A DNA stretch of 61,123 nt, filler included. It is 5 parts of 5 records of this genome, joined end to end, with 100 filler letters (N's around TTAATTAATTAA, not from the genome) between each part and the next. Parts side by side here need not be neighbours in the genome. Positions count along the whole stretch, not along the records: positions 1 to 31,777 come from SRR31147125_6796; 4 more parts are not named here. The stretch is one strand, 5' to 3'. Made by a program: the position numbers and the translations under genes. Within the stretch, counting starts at the first letter, position 1; the number at the start of each line of letters is the position of its first letter. The notes beneath the pieces were generated by a model that was given only the letters and a program-made list of their open reading frames with translations, did not search any database and was not told the origin of the DNA. Shown here one piece after another: positions 8,554 to 18,834 of this stretch.

Positions 8554-11500
8554 TTATTTAACCACGGCAATTTTTGTCATGGCAGATTCACCATAACCGG
8601 TCGTGATGTATGCTAAATAAACACCATTCATGACCATAGCACCCTGCCCATTTCGACCATCCCAGCGGATATCGCCTTCATGAATACCCGGCTTGGTTTG
8701 CTGAGCATTATCCGATTTCAGAAAGGACCAGGATGTGACCAGGTCACCAGTAAGAGTAAATATTTTAATATCAACATCACTATCCTGCTTTAAATAATAA
8801 ACAAAGTTCGTTTCGGCACGACTGGAAGACCCAAAGGGATTGGGATAATTACTAAAAATCTTTTCCAGGTTCTGGTCAAATACAACAGAGATACCGGATG
8901 AAAATTGCAGAAATTCAACAGGATTTCCATCTTTATCTCCGATAACAAGACGATTATTCGTAACGACATCATAAATTTTAAACGCATTGGCAGAATCAAT
9001 ACAGACCTGAAACTGAAGATCTTTAGCGTTTGATGAAATATCCACGATAATATCAATGGAATCTGCCTCAATACCAACAATTGTATCCGGCGTAAAACTG
9101 TCAAAATCAAGGGACATTCTGTCTGATAAACTTAAATCTGAACCTAAAAGTTCTCCCAAAATGTGAGAATGGTCCGAATGTTCTACAGCAGCAATTCGAC
9201 TTAGAATTGTTCCCGGAGATAATAACTCACCTGCCTTGTCTTTCAGGATCAATTCCAATCCTTTAAGAACAGATCTACTTTCCACGGAATTGTCCTGGTT
9301 TTTTAGTTCAATTCCAAGAACAGGTATTCCGATTCCTCCTGTCGTTACAGCAGAATTCGCTTTTACAGTGTATGAATTTGCTATAACCATTCCCGCTTCT
9401 GTTTTGACCAACACATAGGCTGTTGAGTCCTGTACAAAGGCCGGCTCTTTTGCATATTGATCTATTGGCGCTTCTACAAGAGATACCTTAATGGTATCCG
9501 CTTCTGTCAGGACGTTCGTGGGTGCCAATATTTTCCATTTGAGAGATTCTTCTGATGTGCTCAAGGTGTCTGGCTGCATTTTTGTAAATCCGTTTGGCAG
9601 CTCTATAGCCATCCGATATGTTCCCTCAAATTGGGCGGAGCCAAAATTATCAAATTTTGCGATAACATCAAACAGATTTCCAACACGAACGCTGCCTTCA
9701 GCAGGTCCATCAACTTGATTCAGAAAAGCTCGTACTGCCAATTCTGTTTTCTTTAGCGTTCTCAGAGGAAATGTCCACATATTGCCATCTATTTCTGCTA
9801 ATTGGCCGGAATTAGCATCTTTGGGCCATTGTATAAACTCGAATGAAAATGTGGAAATTTGTTCAGGTTCCACACTGGGGGCTTTTAATCTCCAGATCGG
9901 ATTACCTTTCGTGGTTTGAACATTATCACCCTCAAGAATGCTATACTCTTTATCTGTATCCGTGTTTGGCCGTAATAACCGGACTGTAAAGCTGTCCGTA
10001 TCTGCATAGGGTGCGCCACCATGATTTATAACAGCGGTAAGATGGAATTCCTGATCGGTCGACACCCTGTCAATGAGATCGGCTGGATAAGAAATTTTGG
10101 GTGAAATAGAGAATGTGGTCCTGGGTTCGATCAAGACCGGAATACGTTTCGATGTATCTGTAATTTGTAATCCGGATTGTTTATCAAAGGCTGTCACCTC
10201 TACCCAGACACTATCTGATTCCAAAAGTGAGCCAATATCCTCAGGCGCAAGTACCTCCCAAATAACCTGAACGGATGGACCCTGATCAACATTCTGATCT
10301 CTTACTACAGCCCGCAATAAATTATTCGCGAACCGGATTTGGGCTTTAAAATTATCCTGGACACGCTCGGAGCTGATCTCGGCATAAACAGTGAAACTCT
10401 GACCGGTTGAGACAGTGTCATCTCTCGCACCCAAAGGATCACTAATACGCACTGTATCAATATTTACAATACCGATATCATCTGTTCTGACATTTAACTC
10501 ATTGGGTGAATTTCTTAGCGGAACTGACGTATTTGTATTTTCATCATCAGGTAGCTGAGTTATACTGATACTGATTGGCTGCTCTGCTTTGACTTCATTC
10601 GGAGCAATAATATCCCATTCGACTACATTTCCCAGAACAAATTCTTTTTCAAAAGATTCCTCTCCCTGAAGCGTTAACCCACTGTTAAAAAGTTCTAATT
10701 TCACCTTTCCGGATCCACTAATATCAGCATCTCCTTTATTCACAACTCTTGTTCTCAGCGTTGCTTCCTGCCCTTTTGAAAAAACAGCCCGATCATCTTG
10801 CATAGCGCTTACTGGATCTGAAACGATCAACGATTCCAGTTCCAGCTCTGCCCCCCGAACAATTTTTAAAATTTCCAGTTCTCTGGCGTCTAGTTTATCA
10901 CCTTCGGCATCTTTGCCTGTGACACTCACTATGAAACTATGATTTTCAAGAACAACTTTGGGCGCTATCAGGCTCCATATGGCCTGATAAGCCCCTCCCA
11001 CAAGATGAGCTTCGTCAAGTTGAATCTCATTATTACCGATTAAAATATAATTATCCTCAGCATCAACGAGTGGTAAATTGGGTAACGTGAGAGTCGCCCT
11101 TATATTTGACAAGTTAGGAGATGCCTGAACTTCAGCTTTAATCTTGAAATTCTGAAACGTGGATAATTCACCATCTTTGGCGCCTTCCGGTTCCGATATC
11201 TCAAAACGAATGACTGCCAAATCAGTACTCACTGTAGTCACGGTCAAATAAGTCGAGTCATTTTCAACCAGCGCCGGTAGTTGCGAATTTAGATCATTGG
11301 GAATTTCACTGATAACCGCTCGTATCGTGTCATCAAACGAGTTCACTGTTGGAGAAATGAGCGTAAAATCAATATCCATGAAATTTTCATCTAGATCAAG
11401 CTCAAATTGTTTTTCCAGCGGATCATATGAAATACCTTCGGTTATTTTAAGACCATAACCTTCCGGGGGCTCAAGTTTAATAAAGCCGGCACCTGTCGCA

Positions 11501-14500
11501 GAGGTTCCTAAATTTGTAATTCTTGCTACAACATCAAATTCCTGGCCCGCTGTTAAAGTTGAATCCGAATCTGTAACAAGTTGTAATGCCAGATCCAGTT
11601 TTGTCGGTACCTGAATCCGTGCTTTGGCCAGTGCATCATTTTCATTAGGTTCGGTAATCTGCGCCAGCAAATCGGTAGACTGGGCTTTAGCAGAAAGGAT
11701 TTGAGCTGTAAAAATTTCGGACTTGTTCCCGATTTGATCGCTCCAGTCCGAGTCCGCTACTATATTAAACTCTGTTTCAACAGATGAATCTTCAGGGATA
11801 TTATCAATTATTTTCGTCACAGGCTCTGAGAGGGATTGTCCATCCGAAGAAAGCTCTATTTTAACTGAATCGACACCGGATCGCTCGCCGGTTTCCACGG
11901 CAACTCTCACAACAAAACTCTGGTCTTTATTTACCAGAAAAGCCCCGGTCGCATCTTTTCTCGCGTTTGGAATTGTTGTCGCAACGATCTTGACCCTGGC
12001 AGTACTAATGACAAGAATAGTATCCGAGCCGGAAGCAGACAAACTTGTACTTTCGACACCTTTGTTCCGGTCGAACGCACTTAGATCCACATCAATTTGA
12101 GCTTCTCCTGCTATTTCTCCATTCTTGCTAATAACATATACCAGTGTATCCTGTACGCCTCCACCTCTGAGAATCAGATCGTTGGATTGAGTCAAAACTG
12201 TTGGTGGACGTATCTGATAATCGGAATCAACCTGTCCGCCTACTGTAAATGTGATATTTTCTTGTGTTACATCGATAAACTCAAGGTCAGCCTGGCCGGT
12301 ATTTTTAACCACGGCATTGATGCGCCAATCCTTCTTGGAATCACCCGCATTAATTTCATCAATAGAGGTAAAAACCTCGACAACCTGCAATTGAGCTCCC
12401 TGCTCTATAGAAACCGTCGTTACATCGTTTTCACCCGGATCCAGCGGTGTTAGATTTTGATTGTTATTTGCCCCGATGGCTTGCGCAATTGTTGATTTTA
12501 ATTCTACCGTCCCTGCTTCATCCCCAGCCTGAACGTTAAAATAAAGCGTATCTCTTTGTCCACTCGCTATAATATCCTGAAATCCTACAACAGGTACTGC
12601 AATAGACGCGAGCGTTCCTGGTATGGAAGCAATTGAAAGTTGAACATTTTTTATCGCTTCAGTACCATTATTTTGCACAGCAACGCCAACAGGAAAAACC
12701 TGGTTATAACTGACAAAATTTTCCGCGCTTGGTCCTGAAAACCAGGTATCAACAATTTGTATAATAGCCGGCTTTTGTATTTTTACCAGAACATCCGCAT
12801 CCACAGCCGGATCAATCCGTGCATTGGATCCATCAATTCCAAAAGCCTGAACAATGGTTGCTGTAAAAGTCTCACCTGAACTATTTTCAGCTGCGTTGGC
12901 TATGACATTAAAGACAGCATCCTTACCGAGTCCGATTTTTATATCCTTTACAACAACCTCAGGATTGAGAATCTGCGAATTCACAGCATTTAATCGTACT
13001 CTAACCGAATCAATATCCTGACCTCCATTATTACTCACAGCCACCTTGATTTGAAATTGTTGATTCGTATTAATGCTGGCAACACCTGACTCATCAACAT
13101 TAAAAACGCCAGGATCAACATAGGTTTTGTTTACAAGTACGACCGCTGACGTGGTTACAAAAATATGTGCTTTGCCTGTTTCTAAAAATGTATTCGACGG
13201 ATCATTTCTATCAGTGGCTCCAACCGCCGCTGTTATGGTTACATCCCCACTTTGAGGGCTCGTTGTTGTCACTTTGTATACAAGAGTATCAACATCGCCA
13301 CCTTTTAAAATCAAACCATCTTCAGATATTATTTGATCGGACACCACGACATAGCCTTGCTTATTAAAGCTAATATCATCAGCTTCCGGAATATCAATCA
13401 ATATCTGACCTGTACCAGGATTGGAAACCACAACATTAATGTACCAGGGATTCACTGTGCCTGTTGGAATAGTATCGATAGAAGTATGTACCGTATCTAT
13501 TTCAAAACTACCAGGATATTGCACTTGCATTGCCAATGTCGTATCTGTGGCCGCCTGTGATTGGAGAACCTCTACTGGCTGTCCGGTGTTTTTCGATTTA
13601 GAATCAATGACCCTGACGCGATAATTGTCAATGCCAGCAACAGCAGGCGCCTGAACCAAAATGCCTGGTTCACTCCATTTGGAACTATTTGCAGCAATAG
13701 AATCGACGAAAATAGTGCTTCCATTCGGAAACGTCGATCCATCTTCAGATACAAATTCCAAAGTAACTTGCTCTACCAGCTCTCCATTAGCAATATTGGC
13801 AAGGTTTGCTTTTAAATAGTATTGCTGATTCGTATTAACAAATGTTCCTAATGTTACATCTGCTATCAGCCCATCTATACGTAATTGCGCGGGGTTTTCA
13901 ACTGTAACGATTGCCTGAATTCCAGTCGTATCCGTTTCAACAGCGACTATTGTTCCGGTATTGAGCTCCTCTGCCGTCACCTTCATATGAATTGTATTTG
14001 AACCCAGAATAGCTGTAGAACTGCTAACCTGATCGATAACAAAAAGAAGGCTATCCTGGCTGTTAGCTCTTAAAATGGCATCACCGGATCCATTCAAGGC
14101 AACAGGCTGCAAGACCGTAAAATTTTCATTTCCAGTGCTAAACTGTAAAAAGGTATCGCTCGGATCCAGATCCAGCAGTAAATCGCTGCCTCCATTATTT
14201 TGCAGATAGGCTGCAACAACCCATTGTTCCTGCTGACCGCGTGTCACTGTTTCCTGACCTGGGCGCAGTTTTGCGACGCTTAAACTCGCTGTTTCCTGCA
14301 CGATAACATATGGCGAATTACCAGGACCAGCTTGTGCTTGCAGGTGCCTGGTTGTTTGCTGGGTATCTGTCATATACACATTGGGAAAAATATTGATTCG
14401 CCCTGCTGGTGTTGATGGACTGACTTCTGATACATTAACTATCAATGTATCAGAAGAATTTGGATTGAGAATATCCGATCCGCTTGCCAAAGTCTGAGGT

Positions 14501-17500
14501 AATTCAAAAGTAAACTGGTCTGTTACATCCTGGGAATCCAGAAAAAACGTAACCCGGGTACTGTCAAATTTCAAGCTGCTTGATCCATTGCTGATGAGAC
14601 CAATTTTTATTGTCCAGGGTTTTGTTTGACCAGCGGTGATGGCTTCACCTTTTGGTTCCACATAATTTATGCTTAATTCACCTGGATCTCCAACAATAAC
14701 CGGATTTATCAGGATTATTTCTTTTTGAAAACTGGTGCCATTTTCCAGACCTTTTAATGTAATACTTGGACTAAAAGAACCAGTATTAAAATTTTCCGAT
14801 ATTGTGTTACCTTGAAATTGAATGGTCGTTGTACCTGAACCGGGTATTGACGTCGCAAAGGATTCATTCAAGGTTGTTGTATATATTAATATTCCATCAG
14901 ACAATCGGAACACGGTTTGTAAAGGATCAAGTTCCACAGTCGATCCTCCGGTATTTTCTATTTCAACCTGAAACTCGACATAACTACCCGTTGCTATGGA
15001 CTGAGGGAACAATGTATTCGTCGCATAAGATAAATCTGCAGGTGTTTGAACTGTAACAGTGCTAAACCCGCCTTCATCCACGGTAGACTTTGATACATAT
15101 CTGTCTCTGTTTATTTCACGCGCGCTAACACGGGAATGAATCGTAAAGTCGCCTGTTGCAGATCCCATTTGTGTTGAATTGAAGATGAGACTGTCTTTTG
15201 TTCCTGCCCGTAAAACAAGATCCCCGGAGGCAGATAAGGAAGATGGACGGTCAAACTCAAAACTTGGTTGCGGTATGGCTCCCTGGTAAAGCCTTATCCA
15301 TGAACTATCGTTTGAGGTCAGATTTAATTCAACATCTGCACCACCGTTTTCATTACTGACAACGACTGTAACCCGCCAATTCGAGGGATTTGCACCGTTT
15401 GTTACAAATGCCTGTGAGGCTCTCACACTTTCAATAACAAAATCTGCCGGTTCCTGAATTTGCACAGAAGCGGCATTGTTTGTAACAACATTTTTGTTCT
15501 CACCGGTATTAACTACACTGTAACGCACATCCGCATCAATAAAGGTTTGACCAATCACCGTTCCGGTTTGAGTTATCGTTACTTTTAATGTGTCCGTCTC
15601 ACCTGCAGGTAATGTATCACCAAAACGCACCAGGCTATTTTGCACATTTTCAGTAAATCCCATTGGATTTGAATAGATGAGCGCAGTATTATTAAAATCT
15701 ATTTCAACATCACTACCACCGGAATTTTCAAGCACCACAGAAACAGTCCATGGATGGGTCATATCGCCTCTTGTGACCGTTGTCTGGGATGGTAAAACGC
15801 TGACGATACTCACATCATCCGGTTCCTGTATATCGATAGACGCAAAAACGTTATTTCTTACAGAGGTATCATAGAATCCATTGTTTGATTCCACCCGGCC
15901 GGTTATGGTAAAAGTGCCTGTTTCGGTTCCATTTTGTTGTGTGTTATACGTGATACTTTTTGTTTGACCTGGATTAATTGTATTTCCACCACCATCCAAC
16001 GTTGACGGTTGGTCAATAGTAAACTGGCTTGTTTTATCTGTTCCATTTTTCGAAAACCGGATATAGGTCGAATTAGGATCAAAATTTACCACTAGTGGAG
16101 AATTGCCGGAATTGGTTATATCCATCTGAACAGACCACAAAGAGGTTTGTGACACAGTTACGGTCGTCTGCGATGGAGTTAAAGCAGCCAATTCAATGAC
16201 AGCAGCCTGACGACAGATAAAACTATCCAAAATGGCACTCTCATATACTGGATTTAAAAGATCAATATTTGCATCCGAATAACTGACTCTTTGAGAAACT
16301 CTGATTTTACCGGTTGGCGCATCTTCAGCAACCGTTATATTGTAATCAAAAGCAGAAAAACTTCCACCACTTACAGAGGACGGATTTCCCGGATCAGAAG
16401 ACACAGAGAATTTATCAGAGACAACGAAATCATCTGAATCAAGAAAAACAAGATTCGTTGAAATGATATTGGCATTGGCAACCGGATTCGTCTCACCTTG
16501 ATTATTGGCAAGCGTCGATTGTATTGGAATGGATGTTTGACCCTGGTCCAATGTATCTGCTGATATCGAAATACTGTTTACAACTATTTCAGCCTGAATT
16601 TGCACGTTCCAGTTATCTGTTGTTGAGGCACTTGCAACATTTACATTTTGTGAAGCAAAATCGCCGGTTACAATACCATCAATTTCAATATTACCTACCT
16701 GTGCATTATTTTGTACATCGACAGCAAATTGCAGTATACTGCTCAATCCGGCGGCAACAGAGGTTATTCCGTCTGTTCTGCTTACAACATAGTCTGCATC
16801 TCTAGAAGCACTCGCTCCATCGCGAAAACGTAATTCCGCCTGGCTTATATTAAAAACGGTGTTTCCCAAATTATTAACCGTCATTTGCACAACAACGTCA
16901 TTTTGCCCCTGGCTGACACTCGTAACACTTGTGGAAATCTCATCAATAACGAGTGCGTTCACTGTAATTTGATCGCTCGTATTTGATACTCCGGCACTCA
17001 CATCTCTGACTGTAATCGTTTGTTGCACAGGCGTGATCAACGTAAAATCATTGCCGAGAAATGTGCTTTGGTCAGACGTTCCGGGAAAAGTGTAATCCGC
17101 GGGCAACAAGGCGGACGCATCAGAACTGGTAAATTGAATAGTGCCGCTATAGTTTGTTTTTGGATTACTGTATGAATCGAAAGCATTCACTGTGACAGCA
17201 GAAGTAAATGTCGATCCACTGACCGTACTGCCCGGTAATCCACCTAGTGTAAGGTTACCTAAAGCACCGGGATCAACAACAAACGGATTGGTGACATCTG
17301 TAATCGTGTTGCTTGGTGACAAATTACCGCGCAATTGTACGCCAGACTCGGCTTTGTATAGTGTTTGATTCGCGGTTCCAATACCATTTGTAACCACAAT
17401 ATCCTGAAAAACAGGTTGGGTTCCGTCCGGGGCAGCCCCACCACCAGCAGAGGCTTCAACCGTCACAATCCCGTCGGCCGGATTGCCGTTATAATCAACA

Positions 17501-18066
17501 GCATTTGAAACCTGCAAGGCAAAGGCATTCCCGGCAGCTACATTTATTGGATCTGATAAATCAAAACTGACGATTGGGCCATAAATAATTGGAGTAACTT
17601 GTCCGCTAGCTATCGGAGTATCATCGTTTTCATTGATATCGATAGTAATAATATCAGATATAGCCGGATCAATCGGATTTCCTATCATGCCAATGACAAT
17701 CTCAACAACAATTGGAGGTGTTAACTGTGCCCCAAACCCATCCCGTTCAAAGACGGCAGTAAAAGTGTCGTTTCCGTTATCAGTAATATCGGGGGAATTA
17801 AAACCACTCGCAGTCGTTGGTGCAGGAGTTCGAAAATTTGCAGCAAACAGGTTAGTTGAATCATATTTAGATGGAAAAGTAAAAGCAATTTTTCCATCCG
17901 ATGGTAAAAAATTTTCAAGAGTAAACTGAAATGTATATGTCGCTTGCTCGCCATAAGTAGGATCACTCAACGATACAGATATATTGCTCAAAGTCTGGGC
18001 AAAACTACTTGCAGAACAGACGAAAATAGATGCAATTAAAAATATTCTAGTTAACTTTTCGTTCAA
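8554..18066 (-). CDS. Giant (3170 aa) secreted beta-sandwich-repeat surface protein with a FlgD-Ig/T9SS-like C-terminal sorting domain
   Basis: Signal peptide ending SSFA-Q. Many degenerate repeats (e.g. VTxGQ..W.V...V.N.G). C-terminus NYPNPF...IKIFTLTGDLV...WDGRNGQG..VMNGVYLAYI...KIAVVK. Confidence 0.85.
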   Translation of the reverse strand: MNEKLTRIFLIASIFVCSASSFAQTLSNISVSLSDPTYGEQATYTFQFTLENFLPSDGKIAFTFPSKYDSTNLFAANFRTPAPTTASGFNSPDITDNGNDTFTAVFERDGFGAQLTPPIVVEIVIGMIGNPIDPAISDIITIDINENDDTPIASGQVTPIIYGPIVSFDLSDPINVAAGNAFALQVSNAVDYNGNPADGIVTVEASAGGGAAPDGTQPVFQDIVVTNGIGTANQTLYKAESGVQLRGNLSPSNTITDVTNPFVVDPGALGNLTLGGLPGSTVSGSTFTSAVTVNAFDSYSNPKTNYSGTIQFTSSDASALLPADYTFPGTSDQSTFLGNDFTLITPVQQTITVRDVSAGVSNTSDQITVNALVIDEISTSVTSVSQGQNDVVVQMTVNNLGNTVFNISQAELRFRDGASASRDADYVVSRTDGITSVAAGLSSILQFAVDVQNNAQVGNIEIDGIVTGDFASQNVNVASASTTDNWNVQIQAEIVVNSISISADTLDQGQTSIPIQSTLANNQGETNPVANANIISTNLVFLDSDDFVVSDKFSVSSDPGNPSSVSGGSFSAFDYNITVAEDAPTGKIRVSQRVSYSDANIDLLNPVYESAILDSFICRQAAVIELAALTPSQTTVTVSQTSLWSVQMDITNSGNSPLVVNFDPNSTYIRFSKNGTDKTSQFTIDQPSTLDGGGNTINPGQTKSITYNTQQNGTETGTFTITGRVESNNGFYDTSVRNNVFASIDIQEPDDVSIVSVLPSQTTVTRGDMTHPWTVSVVLENSGGSDVEIDFNNTALIYSNPMGFTENVQNSLVRFGDTLPAGETDTLKVTITQTGTVIGQTFIDADVRYSVVNTGENKNVVTNNAASVQIQEPADFVIESVRASQAFVTNGANPSNWRVTVVVSNENGGADVELNLTSNDSSWIRLYQGAIPQPSFEFDRPSSLSASGDLVLRAGTKDSLIFNSTQMGSATGDFTIHSRVSAREINRDRYVSKSTVDEGGFSTVTVQTPADLSYATNTLFPQSIATGSYVEFQVEIENTGGSTVELDPLQTVFRLSDGILIYTTTLNESFATSIPGSGTTTIQFQGNTISENFNTGSFSPSITLKGLENGTSFQKEIILINPVIVGDPGELSINYVEPKGEAITAGQTKPWTIKIGLISNGSSSLKFDSTRVTFFLDSQDVTDQFTFELPQTLASGSDILNPNSSDTLIVNVSEVSPSTPAGRINIFPNVYMTDTQQTTRHLQAQAGPGNSPYVIVQETASLSVAKLRPGQETVTRGQQEQWVVAAYLQNNGGSDLLLDLDPSDTFLQFSTGNENFTVLQPVALNGSGDAILRANSQDSLLFVIDQVSSSTAILGSNTIHMKVTAEELNTGTIVAVETDTTGIQAIVTVENPAQLRIDGLIADVTLGTFVNTNQQYYLKANLANIANGELVEQVTLEFVSEDGSTFPNGSTIFVDSIAANSSKWSEPGILVQAPAVAGIDNYRVRVIDSKSKNTGQPVEVLQSQAATDTTLAMQVQYPGSFEIDTVHTSIDTIPTGTVNPWYINVVVSNPGTGQILIDIPEADDISFNKQGYVVVSDQIISEDGLILKGGDVDTLVYKVTTTSPQSGDVTITAAVGATDRNDPSNTFLETGKAHIFVTTSAVVLVNKTYVDPGVFNVDESGVASINTNQQFQIKVAVSNNGGQDIDSVRVRLNAVNSQILNPEVVVKDIKIGLGKDAVFNVIANAAENSSGETFTATIVQAFGIDGSNARIDPAVDADVLVKIQKPAIIQIVDTWFSGPSAENFVSYNQVFPVGVAVQNNGTEAIKNVQLSIASIPGTLASIAVPVVGFQDIIASGQRDTLYFNVQAGDEAGTVELKSTIAQAIGANNNQNLTPLDPGENDVTTVSIEQGAQLQVVEVFTSIDEINAGDSKKDWRINAVVKNTGQADLEFIDVTQENITFTVGGQVDSDYQIRPPTVLTQSNDLILRGGGVQDTLVYVISKNGEIAGEAQIDVDLSAFDRNKGVESTSLSASGSDTILVISTARVKIVATTIPNARKDATGAFLVNKDQSFVVRVAVETGERSGVDSVKIELSSDGQSLSEPVTKIIDNIPEDSSVETEFNIVADSDWSDQIGNKSEIFTAQILSAKAQSTDLLAQITEPNENDALAKARIQVPTKLDLALQLVTDSDSTLTAGQEFDVVARITNLGTSATGAGFIKLEPPEGYGLKITEGISYDPLEKQFELDLDENFMDIDFTLISPTVNSFDDTIRAVISEIPNDLNSQLPALVENDSTYLTVTTVSTDLAVIRFEISEPEGAKDGELSTFQNFKIKAEVQASPNLSNIRATLTLPNLPLVDAEDNYILIGNNEIQLDEAHLVGGAYQAIWSLIAPKVVLENHSFIVSVTGKDAEGDKLDARELEILKIVRGAELELESLIVSDPVSAMQDDRAVFSKGQEATLRTRVVNKGDADISGSGKVKLELFNSGLTLQGEESFEKEFVLGNVVEWDIIAPNEVKAEQPISISITQLPDDENTNTSVPLRNSPNELNVRTDDIGIVNIDTVRISDPLGARDDTVSTGQSFTVYAEISSERVQDNFKAQIRFANNLLRAVVRDQNVDQGPSVQVIWEVLAPEDIGSLLESDSVWVEVTAFDKQSGLQITDTSKRIPVLIEPRTTFSISPKISYPADLIDRVSTDQEFHLTAVINHGGAPYADTDSFTVRLLRPNTDTDKEYSILEGDNVQTTKGNPIWRLKAPSVEPEQISTFSFEFIQWPKDANSGQLAEIDGNMWTFPLRTLKKTELAVRAFLNQVDGPAEGSVRVGNLFDVIAKFDNFGSAQFEGTYRMAIELPNGFTKMQPDTLSTSEESLKWKILAPTNVLTEADTIKVSLVEAPIDQYAKEPAFVQDSTAYVLVKTEAGMVIANSYTVKANSAVTTGGIGIPVLGIELKNQDNSVESRSVLKGLELILKDKAGELLSPGTILSRIAAVEHSDHSHILGELLGSDLSLSDRMSLDFDSFTPDTIVGIEADSIDIIVDISSNAKDLQFQVCIDSANAFKIYDVVTNNRLVIGDKDGNPVEFLQFSSGISVVFDQNLEKIFSNYPNPFGSSSRAETNFVYYLKQDSDVDIKIFTLTGDLVTSWSFLKSDNAQQTKPGIHEGDIRWDGRNGQGAMVMNGVYLAYITTGYGESAMTKIAVVK

Positions 18067-18120
18067 TGGATAACCTTTAAGTATTTCATTTCACAAATAA
18101 CAACAGATTTAACAACTGAT

Positions 18121-18585
18121 TTAATTTCGTGGTGAAAGAGTTGATGTTAAAGTACGATTTGATATAATACGATTATTTTCACGAATAAGGATTAGAAACT
18201 CGTATTCTTTCTCCATATCCTGTGGATTAATCACCGTGGCTAATTTGATATCCGGAGTGCTGCCAGCTCTGACAACATCCCCCAACCCACTTCTCATAAT
18301 CTTGACGGTATCTTTGTTCACGGTGACAGCCAATCCCCCGGTCAGGGCACGCGAATCAGCTAAAATAACCTGAGAAATAATAAAGTCCTGCGGAAAAATG
18401 ATATCTATTTCACCTTGAGGTGTTATGTCCTGCTCCGCCTGAAATACGATATCGTAAGCGGCCGGCCTTTTGGATTCCAATTGCGTAACTTTAACAGATT
18501 CAATGGACTGTGCAAAACTTGATTTTACTCCGACAAAAAAGAACAGGAGTATCAGTATATATCTTGTATATTTCATATTTCTCAC
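18121..18585 (-). CDS. Small secreted hypothetical protein resembling the N-terminal domain of the giant protein
   Basis: Signal peptide ending SSFA-Q. Shares A.Y...F, G.I...FP, R.G.G and NP motifs with residues ~24-130 of the giant protein. Confidence 0.75.
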   Translation of the reverse strand: MRNMKYTRYILILLFFFVGVKSSFAQSIESVKVTQLESKRPAAYDIVFQAEQDITPQGEIDIIFPQDFIISQVILADSRALTGGLAVTVNKDTVKIMRSGLGDVVRAGSTPDIKLATVINPQDMEKEYEFLILIRENNRIISNRTLTSTLSPRN

Positions 18586-18814
18586 TCGATATCAGGTTTT
18601 ATTTACATAATTTTATAAAATAACAGTCCATTACGTGCATACAATAGACTATATTAATTTTTTTCTTTATATCAACAAAATTGTTCAAAAATTGAACAAT
18701 TTTTTTCAAAATCTTTTGAAAAAGTGTCTCAGTTTTTTCATCTTGTCCGAAAGCGAAACAAACTGGTTTAAAAACCAAGACTATTTACGGGTTATTTATA
18801 AGGTTAATACATTG

Positions 18815-18830
18815 TGCAAAGTTTATACCA
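18815..18830 (-). promoter_or_regulatory. Putative sigma54 promoter ahead of the giant-protein cluster
   Basis: Minus strand TGGTATAAACTTTGCA has GG-N10-GC spacing and is close to the TGGCAC-N5-TTGCA consensus. Confidence 0.45.
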
Positions 18831-18834
18831 TAAA

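Noticed and set aside
8790-17966. Many short alternative-frame and antisense ORFs inside the giant gene
   Set aside because: They are fully nested in a long coding frame and show no recognisable motifs.
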